Positions 28,501 through 40,068 of a DNA stretch of 64,000 bases are shown here, in pieces; the first letter of the stretch is position 1; every line of letters begins with the position of its first letter. This stretch comes from Eledone cirrhosa (taxonomy: Eukaryota), in NCBI GenBank assembly GCA_964016885.1, contig OZ024742.1, positions 6,014,001-6,078,000 of the forward strand, read 5' to 3'. The notes beneath the pieces are model-generated. The model saw only the letters and a program-made list of their open reading frames with translations, did not search any database and was not told the origin of the DNA. Made by a program: the position numbers and the translations under genes.

Positions 28501-31500
28501 TTATTGCAGTCATTGCTGTCATTGCTGTCATTGCTGTTATTGCTGTCATTGCTGTCATTGCTGTCATTGCTGTCATTGCTATCATTGCTGTCATTGCTGT
28601 CATTGCTGTCATTGCTGTCATTGCTGTTATTCCTGTCATTGCTGTTATTGCTGTTATTGCTGTCATTGCTGTCATTGCTGTTATTGCTGTTATTGCTGTC
28701 ATTGCTGTCATTGCTGTTATTCCTGTCATTGCTGATATTGCTGTTATTGCTGTCATTGCTGTCATTGCTGTTATTCCTGTCATTGCTGTTATTGCTGTTA
28801 TTTCTGTCATTGCTGATATTGCTATTATTGCTGCCATTGCTGTTATTGATGCGATTGCTGATATTGCTGTTATTGCTGTCATTGCTGTTATTGCTGCGAT
28901 TGCTGATATTGCTGTAATTGCTGTCATTGGTGTTATTGCTGTCATTGCTGTTATTGCTGTTATTGCTGTCATTGCTGTTATTGCTGTTATTGCTGTCATT
29001 GCAGTCATTGCTGTTATTGCTGTCATTGCTGTCATTGCTATTATTGCTGTTATTGCTGCCATTGCAGTTATTGCTCTTATTGCTATTATTGCTGTTATTG
29101 CTGGCATTGCTGTTATTGCTGTTATTGCTGTCATTGCTGATATTGCAGTCATTGCTGTTATTGCTGTCATTGCTATTATTGCTGTTATTGCTGCTATTGC
29201 AGTTATTGCTCTTATTGCTGTTATTGCTGTTATTGCTGTTATTGCTGTTGTTGCTCTTATTGCTGTTATTGCTGTCATTGCTGTCATTGCAGTCATTGCT
29301 GTTATTGCTGTCATTGCTGTCATTGCTGTCATTGCTGTCATTGCTGTCATTGCTGTTATTGCTGTCATTGTAGTTATTGCTGTTATTGCTGCGATTGCTG
29401 ATATTGCTGTTATTGCTGTCATTGCTGTTATTGCTGTTATTGCTGTTATTGCTGTTATAGTTGTCATTGCTGTTATTGCTGTTATTGCTGTCATTGCTGT
29501 TATTGCTGTTATTGCTGTTATAGTTGTCATTGTTGTTATTGCTGTCATTGCTGTTATTGCTGTTATTGCAGTCTTTGCTGTCATTGCTGTCATTGGTGTT
29601 ATTGCAGTCATTGCTGTCATTGCTGTTATTGCAGTCATTGCTGTCATTGCTGTCATTGCTGTCATTGCTGTCATTGCTGTCATTGGTGTTATTGCTGTCA
29701 TTGCTGTTATTGCAGTCATTGCTGTCATTGCTGTTATTGCTGTCATTGCTGTCATTGCTGTCATTGCTGTCATTGCTGTCATTGCTGTTATTGCTGTCAT
29801 TGCTGTCATTGCTGTTATTCCTGTCATTGCTGATATTGCTGTTATTGCTGTCATTGCTGTTATTGCTGCGATTGCTGATATTGCTGTTATTGCTGTCATT
29901 GCTGTCATTGCTGTTATTCCTGTCATTGCTGATATTGCTGTTATTGCTGTCATTGCTGTTATTGCTGCGATTGCTGATATTGCTGTTATTGCTGTCATTG
30001 CTGTTATTGCTGCGATTGCTGATATTGCTGTCATTGCTGTTATTGCTGTCATTGCTGTTATTGCTGTTATTTCTGTCATTGCTGTTATTGATGTTATTGC
30101 TGTCATTGCTGTTATTGCTGTCATTGCTGTTATTGCTGTCATTGCTGTTAGTGCTGTCATTGCTGTCATTGCTGTTATTGCTGCGATTGCTGATATTGCT
30201 CTTATTGCTGTCATTGCTGTTATTGCTGCGATTGCTGATATTGCTGTCATTGCTGTTATTGCTGTCATTGCTGTTATTGCTGTTATTTCTGTCATTGCTG
30301 TTATTGATGTTATTGCTGTCATTGCTGTTATTGCTGTCATTGCTGTTATTGCTGTCATTGCTGTTAGTGCTGTCATTGCTGTCATTGCTGTTATTGCTGC
30401 GATTGCTGATATTGCTCTTATTGCTGTCATTGCTGTTATTGCTGTTATTGCTCTCATTGCTGTTATTGCTGCTATTGCTGATATTGCTGTTATTGCTGTC
30501 ATTGCTGATATTGCTCTTATTGCTGTCATTGCTGTTATTGCTGTTATTGCTGTCATTGCTGTTATTGCTGCGATTGCTGATATTGCTCTTATTGCTGTCA
30601 TTGCTGTTATTGCTGTTATTGCTCTCATTGCTGTTATTGCTGCTATTGCTGATATTGCTGTTATTGCTGTCATTGCTGATATTGCTCTTATTGCTGTCAT
30701 TGCTGTTATTGCTGTTATTGCTGTCATTGCTGTTATTGCTGCGATTGCTGATATTGCTCTTATTGCTGTCATTGCTGTTATTGCTTTTATTGCTGTCATT
30801 GCTGTTATTGCTGCGATTGCTGATATTGCTGTTATTGCTGCCATTGCTGTTATTGGTGTTATTGCTGTCATTGCTGTTATTGCTGTTATTGCTGTTATTG
30901 CTGTCATTGCAATCATTGCTGTTATTGCTGCCATTGCTGTTATTGCTGTTATTGCTGCAATTGCTGATATTGCTGTTATTGTTGTTATTGCTGTTATTGC
31001 TGCGATTGCTGATATTGCTGTTATTGCTGTCATTTTTCTTATTGCTGTCATTTCTGTTATTGCTGTCATTGCTGTCATTGCTGTCATTGCTGTCATTGCT
31101 GTTATCGCTGTTATTGTGTTATTGTTGTCATTGCTGTTATTGCTGTTATTGCTGTTATTGCTGTTATTGCTGCCATTTCTGTTATAGCTGTCATTGCTGT
31201 CATTGCTGTTATTTCTGTTATTGCTGTTATTGTTGTTATTGCTGTTATTGCCGCTGTTGTTATTGTTGATACTGCTATTTTTATTACTGTTGTTGTTAAT
31301 TCTGTTGTTTTTGTTATTATTTTTGATGCTGATGTTGTCACTGTTACTGTTATTATTGCTGTTATTGTTGCTGTTATAGCTGTTATTGCTGTTATTGCTA
31401 TTATTGCTGTTATTGTTGCTCTTATTGCTGTTATTACTTTTATTATTGTTATTGCTGTTATTACTGTTATTAATGCTGCTATTGCTGCTATTGCTGTTAT

Positions 31501-32036
31501 TGCTGTTATTACTGCTATTATTGCTGATATTGATGTTATTACTGTTCTTCTTTCTGTTAATACGGTTATTGCTGTTATTGCATTTGTTACTGTTAATGCT
31601 GTTATTATTGTTATTGCTGTTATTGTTGTTATTGCGTTTTTACTGTTATTGCTGTTATTACTATTATTGCTGTTATTGCTGTTATTACTGTTATTGCTCT
31701 TATTGCTGTTATTACTCTTATTGCTGCTATTATTGCTCTTATTGCTGTTATTACTGTTATTGCTGTTATTGCGTTTATTATTGTTATTACTGTTATTGCT
31801 GTTATTACTGTTATTGCTCTTATTACTTTTATTGCTGTTATTAATACTGCTATTGCTGCTATTGCTGTTATTACTGCTATTATTGCTCTTATTACTGCTG
31901 TTATTCTGTTATTACTCTTATTGCTCTTATTACTGTTATTACTCCTGTTATTGCTCTTATTGCTGCCATTGTTGCTGTTATTGTTGCTGTTATTGCTGCT
32001 GTTATCGCTATTATTACTGCTGTTATTGCTGTTATT
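19577..32036. repeat. Higher-order repeat unit, 12,460 bp (terminal copy)
   Basis: Same landmark order as the previous unit. It is 261 bp (29 monomers) longer, including a 216-bp duplication (gttagtgct at 30147 and 30363). It leaves the HOR path at 32037. Confidence 0.9.
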
Positions 32037-32889
32037 GTTGCTGTTATTACTGTTATTGCTGTTATTGCTGCTGTTATTACTGCTGCTATTGCTGTTTATT
32101 GCTGCTGTTAATATTGTCGATGCTGCTATTTTTGTTGCTGTTGTCGTTGCTGTTGTATCTGTTTTTGTTGTTATTATTGTTGTTTTTGCTGCTGTTTTTA
32201 TTGTTGATGTTATCGTTGATTTTGTTGTTGCTGCTCTGATTGTTGATGTTGTTATTGCTGTTGTTATTGCTGTTGTCATTGCTGCCATTATTGTTGTAAC
32301 ATAATCGAGAGTGTAACTCCCCGAGGAAATTATCCAATATTTCGGTCTCGGGGACTGTAACTCCAATTTATTGAAAACTATTTGATAGTGCTACTTCAAA
32401 TGTCTTGGTTGTTTGCTCCATAGTTAAAACGTTGTTTGAAACATGTAAATGCCACCCAGAACAATACATTAGCCAAACTAGTTTGACACAATGAAATAAC
32501 GCTGTCAACACATTCGGGAGTCGTTGAATAGCACTCTCCAGCGGAATGTTGTCACATTCTTTCCCTGATTTATCAATGTCGCCATTCAATAACAGGACAA
32601 CAATGAATCAATAAGAACATGCAATTTATATATAAATAATGGCTGAAATTAAATCTATTGCTTTTTAATAGACATGATTTATTATCTCCATTGAGATAGA
32701 AACCACATCTTAACTGTTATATTTTTCAAAAATTACAAATAGAATAACTTATTACGTCCCTTATAATGAAAAAAAGTAAACATCTGTAGAGGTTATATTT
32801 TCAAAAACTACAAATTATATTTTGCTCGGCGTCATCTAAAGATCTCAATAGAATTGAAACATAATGGTAAAGAGATGTGAATATTTATA

Positions 32890-33270
32890 TTTTATATTGT
32901 ACTTACATTTTTATATGTACATATAGTTATATATGTAGATATATGTACATATATATACATATATGTACATATGGTTATATATGTACATATATGTAGGTAT
33001 ATGTATCTATTTACATATATGTACATATATGAAGATATATGTACATATATGTACTTATGGTTATATAATGTAGATATATGTAGGTATATGTACATATGGT
33101 TATATATGTAGATATATGTATGTATATGTAGATATATGTATGTATATGTACATATATGTACATATAGTTATATATGTAGATATATGTATGTATATGTACC
33201 TATAGTTATATATGTAGATGTATGTATGTATGTGTACATATAGTTATATATGTAGATATGTGCACTTATA
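32890..33270. repeat. AT-rich degenerate minisatellite (TATATGTACA/TATATGTAGA/GTTATA units)
   Basis: Repeated tatatgtacatat(a/g)gttatatatgtaga blocks. Confidence 0.85.
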
Positions 33271-33291
33271 TACGTAGGATACTAGTAATAC

Positions 33292-33501
33292 TTTCTGATT
33301 TAGGCACAACGTCAAACATTTTGGGGGCGGGCAAAATCAATTAAATTGATCACAGTACATTACTGGTACTTTATTTTATCGACCCCGTAAGGATGAAAGG
33401 GAAAGTTTACCTCGGCGGGATTTGAACTCGGAATGGCAAGGGCCGTAACTCTATGCGTCAAAGCAAGGCGTCCGGCCCTCTACCGATACTGCCAATTCAC
33501 C
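33292..33501 (-). mobile_element. tRNA-derived SINE, long form
   Basis: Minus strand has A-box TGGCAGTATCGG, B-box GAGTTCAAATCC and core CTTTCATCCTTACGGGGTCGATAAAATAAAGTACCAG; about 12 related copies in the window. Confidence 0.88.
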
Positions 33502-33954
33502 GTAATAATACATATTTATCTGAATAAGATTCTACTAAGCAAGACATATATTAGTCTGCTAGACTGCTCTATTGCTATATTTAAAGATAATAGTATTTTT
33601 AGTGGTTATATATCGTGACTTGAAATTTTATAATCGGAAGTAATATTCCACTGATCGTCTGCTGTGCAAACAGAACCGGCTCAAAGCGAAAATCTTAGCA
33701 CAGACATTTGTTAGAAAATAAATAACCAAAGAATATGGAAAAAATAGAGACAAAAACTCTTTTAAATGCTGAAAAGATGCTAACATCATCGCTTGAAGCG
33801 GGTTGTGTTTGTAGTTTGACAATTATTACTTGGGTATAACTTCCGAATATGAAATTTGAAGTCACGATGTACAATCACTAAATTGCTAGTATCGTTAAAT
33901 ATGTTTGTGTGTTTTTATCTCTGTCTCTGTTTCCTAATATATCCCCCCTCTCTC

Positions 33955-34067
33955 TATATGTATGTGTGTATGTATGTATGTATGTATGTATGTATCTATG
34001 TATGTATGTATGTATGTATGTATGTATGTATGTATGTATGTATGTATGTATATGTGTATGTATGTGC

Positions 34068-34101
<34 letters not shown>
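33955..34101. repeat. (TATG)n/(TA)n microsatellite
   Basis: Direct inspection. Confidence 0.95.
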
Positions 34102-34109
<8 letters not shown>

Positions 34110-36555
34110 TAAAATAACAGATTAAAGTTCAAGCAAAGAATCGCTGCTTTCACCATTAACGGGATCTTCTGAAACTAACAAAGTCAATCTGTAAACGCAG
34201 AATTGGATATTTCAAAAAACGTTGCAACCGGAGGAAGACAGGAAGACGATACTTTGGTTCGTGGAAACGTTCGCTGGCTATGCAAAACATCATCTGAATA
34301 TTTCTACAAAGAACATACCCGTACCAAGCAAGAAAACATACCTAAAACTCCTGATACAGAAAACAGACGCGTTCATTAAAAGGTTGCGTTGGCGGGCCTT
34401 TTACTTCGATAATCCGCGAAAAGCAGACAACAAACAGGATACATTTGGATTTAAAACCTATAACAACCCTCCGTGTAACCCAGCATTGCTACCCTTCGAA
34501 AATGATGTCTTGGAACTCATTCGGAGTATCAAATTTCGGAATAGGAGCTATTCCTTCCAGCAAGACCTGAAGAATAAAATTCGTTCTATTAAGGATTCTA
34601 ATGCCGTGCACGTCCATTCCGACAAAACTGGCAATCTATATCAAGTGGAACGCAGTACTTACCATCAACTACTACATAATGCTGTAACTAAGGATTACCG
34701 TAAAACTAATCGGTGCGTCATCAATGAAATCAACGATGCTGGGTTTAAAATCACATCTGATCTCAACATCCTGGACCGGACCGAACCTCTGGACCCTATG
34801 TCTCCCCACTTTACCCTGAAGGATCACAAATCCAATTTTCCGAACAACCCCTCTATTCGCCTTATTAACCCTACGAAGTCCGATTTAGGTAGACTTAGTA
34901 AAACGATTCTTGATAGAATTATACCTGAAATTAGAAGTTTGGCCCCTTGCACTGTGGAACAATTCCTTCGCGGTGATTGATTGGTTCAACGGCATATGTA
35001 ACAAGGAACATTGCCGTTTTATCCAATTCGACATCAACAATTACTACTCCTCCATCACTTTACCACTTCTCCTTAGAGCTATCAATTTCGCTAAAACACT
35101 CACAGTGGTTAAGGATTTCGAAGTTGATGTTATCTTCAATGCCCGAAAATCGGTGATTAATTTCGACGACTCTATTTGGATTAAAAAATCCAATAGTACC
35201 CCATTCGACGTGAGTATGGGCGCCAGCGATTCTGAGGAGGTTACTGATCTTATCGGCCTTTTCCTTCTTTTCTCTATCAAGGACGAATTCCCCAACGCGG
35301 GCGGTGGTTTGTACCGTGACGATGGCCTTTTGACCATGACTAAATGCGGACCTCGTGCTTGCGACAGGTTCAGAAAAGAACTCACAGCCTTCTTTAAAGG
35401 CTTCAACCTCTCTATACAGGTTGAGGCCAATCTCTCGGTCGTTAATTACCTCGACGTTACCTTCAACTTATCGAATGGGTTGTTTTACCCGTATAGAAAG
35501 CCGAATGATACGCTTAATTACATAAGTAGCATTCCAACCATCCTGCCAGCATAACCAATAACCTGGTAAGAAACGTTTCGTTGAGGCTTTCCCGTCTTTC
35601 CACCAACGAGCGTATTTTCAACGACCATTCCACTTATTACAATGAAGCTCTTGCTCGAAGTGGATTTGTCGATAAGGTAGCATATACAGAGTACGAAAAT
35701 AGACCTAGAAGAAATAGATCCCGTCGCATTTGTTGGTATAACCCACCATATAATATGGAGGTGGCCACACCATTAGCTAAGATCTTTCTTTCCCTTATTA
35801 CGAAGCATTTTCCCCCTACACATAAACATAGTAACATTTTTAATAGAAATACTATTAAAATTTCTTACTCTACGACTCCTAACCTTGCACATAACATTAC
35901 AGCTTCAAATTTAGCCAAACTACCTAGCCGTAGGTACACGTGCAACCCTGTAGTTAGTACTAACTGTAATTGTAGGAATCGGGTTGATTGCCCCCTATCC
36001 GGGAAATGCCTCTCTAGTAACATTGTATACAAATGTAAGGTTGTAACACCCACGTCCCGTAGGCCCTACATAGGGTTAACTGCCAATAGATTCAAGCAGC
36101 GTCTTTACATGCATACCCATTCTTTTCGTTACCCTCTAAGAAGGAATATGACGTCACTTTCAGCTTATATCTGGAGTCTAAAAGACAACCACACCCAATA
36201 TAAGTTACACTGGGAGATCCTAGCTAGGGCTAGATCGTATAACGGAAATAAAAGACCATGTGACCTATTACAGCCCCACGTTATACCCTAACGGATAGCA
36301 CGATCTAAACGTGGACATTTTACGTCTCGATGTGGTAGCTAAGTATATGTTTTGTTTATACCTTTACTTATTTGCATAGCCAGCGAACGTTTCCACGAAC
36401 CAAAGTATCGTCTTCCTGTCTTCCTCCAGTTGCAACGTTTTTTGAAATATCCAGTTCTGCGTTTACAGATTGACTTTGTTAGTTTCAGAAGATCTCGTTA
36501 AGGGTGAAAGCAGCGATTCTTTGCTTAAACTTTAATCTGTTATTTTAATAAATAT
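34102..36555 (+). mobile_element. Penelope-like retroelement (RT + GIY-YIG), 5'-truncated with inverted terminal repeat; probably Naiad-type
   Basis: Frameshifted ORFs 34222-34980, 34910-35554 and 35581-36291 carry KNIPxPS..Y..LI.K...F.KR.RW, RT motifs (FDINNYYSSI, MGA, LYRDDGL, YLDVTF), WYNPPY, CNCR..CPL.G.C and GIY-YIG (IVYKC..PYIGLT..FKQR). 34102-34286 is the reverse complement of 36371-36555. Confidence 0.92.
34290..36270 (+). pseudogene. Disrupted PLE reverse transcriptase/GIY-YIG ORF
   Basis: At least two frameshifts (~34945, ~35525); the GIY-YIG C-terminus is missing after CDL. Confidence 0.85.
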
Positions 36556-36870
36556 TTGCTCTACGCTTCTTATATATTTGATATATATTTCTCCTTATCG
36601 AGCTCTCTTTGGATTTTAGTCTTCAAATTTATTATTATTACTATATATATATATATATATATATATTTCTTTTTTTTATTTTATTTTATTTTTTATTTAT
36701 CTATTAATATTTTTTTTTCTCCTCGTGCAATGGCCATACTCGATAACGAGGGGGCAGCCATCACGTATGTATGTAGGTATATGTATGCATGTATATATGT
36801 ATGTATATATCTATATCTATATGTATCTATCTATCTCTACATATATACATATATATGTGTATATATATAA

Positions 36871-36902
<32 letters not shown>

Positions 36903-36946
36903 CTGGGTGTGGGTGTGTGTAGTGTGTGTGTATATATATATATATA

Positions 36947-37611
36947 ACACAGATCCAGCTCCTCACACATCTGCAGCAGGAGCATACCATTGTTGTTACA
37001 CTTTCCCACACAATGCCTTCGGATTACATTCCATGTGTTAAAATCCCTACCCACTCTAGCATTAAAGTCACCAAGCACGATGACTGTGTCTACCTGAGGG
37101 ATATTTCTTAAAACTCCTTTCAAGGCATGGTAAAAGGACACTTTTTCTTCATCGACAGAATTAATAGTTGGACATACACACTCACCAGAGTCGCATATCT
37201 TCCTTTGTCCAGCGGAATTCTCATGGACATAAGACGCTCACTAATCCCTACTGGGAATTCTTCTAATTTATTCACAAGAACAGTCTTAACAGCAAATTCT
37301 ACCCCAGCCTCTCTTCTGGTTCCTTCATCTCTTCCTTTCCAGAAGAATGTATATTCTGCACAAAATTCTGTAAGATGACAATCTCCAGCTAACCTCGTCT
37401 CAGATAAAGCCACGATGTCAAGATCGTAACGTCGAAGCTCCTTTGCAACAAGAGCGGTCCTTCGTTCAGGACGCTCCAAGGAATCCCTGTCAAGCAGCGT
37501 TCGTACGTTCCAGCAGCCAAGACTAAATGCCTTGTTTGGCTCTATTACAATGGCACGATGACGAGCGGGCCCAGGCTGTGATAACCTGGGGCCCCTGGTA
37601 AGCAGTGCCGG
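36947..37611 (-). mobile_element. Inverted 5' segment of an RTE-clade LINE (APE endonuclease N-terminal half)
   Basis: Minus strand gives GCWNVRTLLD...PERRTALVAKELRRYDLDIVALSETRL...VLGDFNARVG...NGMLLLQMC, with one frameshift. Confidence 0.9.
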
Positions 37612-38586
37612 GGAAGCACTGTCAATCGATACAGCAACCTTGACAGTGAAATCTCACTTAGGATTAGGAAAGCAAGTGATGCTTTCGGAAAGCTAGAAAG
37701 GCGACTCTGGGGTCGGCGAGACATATGCAGGAGGACAAAGGTAGAGGTGTACAAGGCATGTGTGCTCTCTTGTCTTCTTTATGCCTGCGAGATCTGGGTC
37801 ACATATCGACACCACCTTAAGCAATTGGAGCGTTTCCATCAGATGTGTCTCAGACGGATCCATGGCGTTCACTGGAGGGACCACATCAGTGATGTCGAGA
37901 TTTTGGAAAGTTCTATGTGTGACAGTATAGAAGCTCTTGTGCTTAAGCAACGACTCCGTTGGAGTGGTCACCTTGCCAGGATGAAGGATTCTAGAATACT
38001 AAAACAACTTTTTTATGGAGAGTTGGTTAAAGGAAATCGACCGCCACATAAACCAAAAAAGAGATATAAGGATTCCTTGAAAGCCTCTCTGAAAGACGCT
38101 AACATCTCTGCTGATACATGGGAAAATATTGCTGCTGATCGTAATAAATGGAGAAAGACTGTATATGAGGGAAAAGTTGCCTTTGAGGCATCTCGAATCG
38201 CATACGAGAAAGTAAAGCGGGATGTGAGGAAGGGCATTGTTGTTGCACTTCCAGACGGCGAGGGTCCTCCTATGGTGCTGACATGCAGCGTCTGTGCGAG
38301 ACTCTGCCTAAGCAAAGCTGGACTCGAAAGTCATCTTCGCAGTCATAAAGTAAGACCAGTGGTTGACTACCAGGCTGCTGTTGGAGATGCTACTCATCAT
38401 GCTTGCCAAACATGTGGTAGAGAATGTAAATCAGCAGGAGGGCTCAAGCGACAAGCAAAAGTACATGAACTCCAACCACAGCTGGCTATTCCCAGTGAAT
38501 GTTTTGGTTGCCGACTCTGTGCAAGACATTTTAGATCATTGGCTGGGCTGAAAAGCAACATTCGATCGCAGCGCTGTTAGTTGCTA

Positions 38587-38589
<3 letters not shown>
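37612..38589 (+). mobile_element. 3' segment of RTE-clade LINE (post-RT region, three C2H2-type fingers, (GT)n tail)
   Basis: Open frame from GSTVNR through YKACVLSCLLYACEIW, RLRWSGHLARM, CSVC..H...H, CQTC.. and CRLC.. to the stop at 38580, followed by (GT)n. Confidence 0.9.
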
Positions 38590-38645
<56 letters not shown>

Positions 38646-38768
38646 GATATGTGTATGTGTGCGCGTGTGTGTGTATATATATGTGTATATGTATTTTATA
38701 ATTATTATTATTATTGTTATTAATGTATGTGTGTGTATGTATATATATATGTGTGTATATATGTGTAT

Positions 38769-38837
<69 letters not shown>

Positions 38838-39618
38838 TTTATTTTATTTTTTTTTTATTAATCTATTAATATACATATTTTTTCTCCTCGTGCAATGGCC
38901 ATACTCGATAACGAGTATGGCCATTGTATGTAAGTATATGTATGCATGTATATATGTATGTATATATCTATATCTATCTATCTATCTATCTCTATATATA
39001 TACATATATATGTATTCGTTTTCATTTTTTTTCAATTTATCGTTTTCGGTATGCCTGACCGATTTAACTCACTCAATATGCAAATTAGGCTGCTCAGCCG
39101 TTAATTTTCATAAGGAAAGTGTATACTTTCGAACGTTCAACTATCTGGCAGATGGGTAAACGGTGCTGATGATAGCTAACAAGCTTGAAACTAGTACATC
39201 GTTCCTGTGTCAGTGTTGAACAAAAAGGTGACGTGGTTGCCTTAACACCGTATGGCATAAATTCAAGCTGTTCAGTTTGTTTACAAACGAACAAAGCGAC
39301 GTTATAATAAGCGCCGCTAAACTGATACGTGCATATATGTATGTGTACCTGTATGCATATGTATCTATATATGTATATATATATATATATGTGCATGCTA
39401 CTGTACGTCTGTATACATATATGTATGTACGTATACATGCATACTTACATTTAAGTAAGTGCCATACTAAGAGTGAGAAATGAAATTTCGTTTTCATTTT
39501 GTTTCAATTTATATATATATAAATATATGTATTTATGTGTGTATGTGTGGGTGGGTGTGTGTGTGTATATATATGTCTATATATACTTATGTATGTATAT
39601 ATATACATATAACATTCA

Positions 39619-39658
<40 letters not shown>

Positions 39659-39850
39659 CACACATACATAAGTACATATAGACATATATACATGCACACA
39701 TAGTAATAACAATAATTATTTCTAAAATCACCTGAATGTCTCAAACTGAGGTAAAGAGAATAGTTGTCAGTAAAAAGACTTTAATTAAATTTCTCAACAT
39801 TGCTCATCCACCAAATCCATCAATTCACAGGCATCAGCCTATAATAAGGG

Positions 39851-39992
39851 TTTCTGATTTACACTCAAGGGCAGCAATTCGGGAGGGGGGGGGGGTGATT
39901 TTATCGATCCCCGTGCGTCACTGGTGCTATATTCTATCGACCCCATAGGGATGAATGGCAGAACTAACGTCAGTAGGATTTGAACTCAGAAA
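39851..39992 (-). mobile_element. SINE fragment, 5'-truncated and diverged
   Basis: Contains ctggtgctatattctatcgaccccatagggatgaatggc..ggatttgaactcag, matching the SINE core and B-box. Confidence 0.75.
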
Positions 39993-40061
<69 letters not shown>

Positions 40062-40068
40062 CATATAT

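Larger units (their letters stand above)
1..32297. repeat. Satellite array of the 9-bp monomer ATTGCTGT(T/C); open at the left window edge
   Basis: Continuous ATTGCTGTT/ATTGCTGTC units with scattered point variants from base 1. It degenerates into TTA/TTG/CTG trinucleotide-like sequence after ~31110 and ends at ...attattgttgtaac ~32297. Confidence 0.98.

Noticed and set aside
973-31187. 1,800-2,000 aa (IAV)n, poly-Leu/Ser and Cys-Cys-Tyr ORFs on the plus strand as genes
   Set aside because: These are translations of the 9-mer. Its IAV codons cannot reach a stop by one substitution, many starts are TTG, several frames on both strands are open at once, and there are no domains or exon signals.
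1-32297. CRISPR array or telomeric repeat
   Set aside because: There are no unique spacers, and the monomer lacks the G-run of telomeric repeats.
31629-32589. ORFs 31629-32366, 32086-32337 and 32368-32589 as a unique N-terminus or leader exon for the repeat protein
   Set aside because: They use TTG starts, show no signal peptide or recognisable homology, and frameshifts in the degenerate border break continuity with the array.
36481-36515. Hammerhead-like motif in the Penelope terminal repeat (CAGAAGA-stem-GAAAG)
   Set aside because: Both copies deviate from the CTGANGA core and no convincing stem III or cleavage triplet is visible; at best a degenerate relic.
39070-39095. Octamer ATGCAAAT as an snRNA/histone promoter element
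   Set aside because: Isolated 8-mer with no recognisable snRNA or histone gene downstream.
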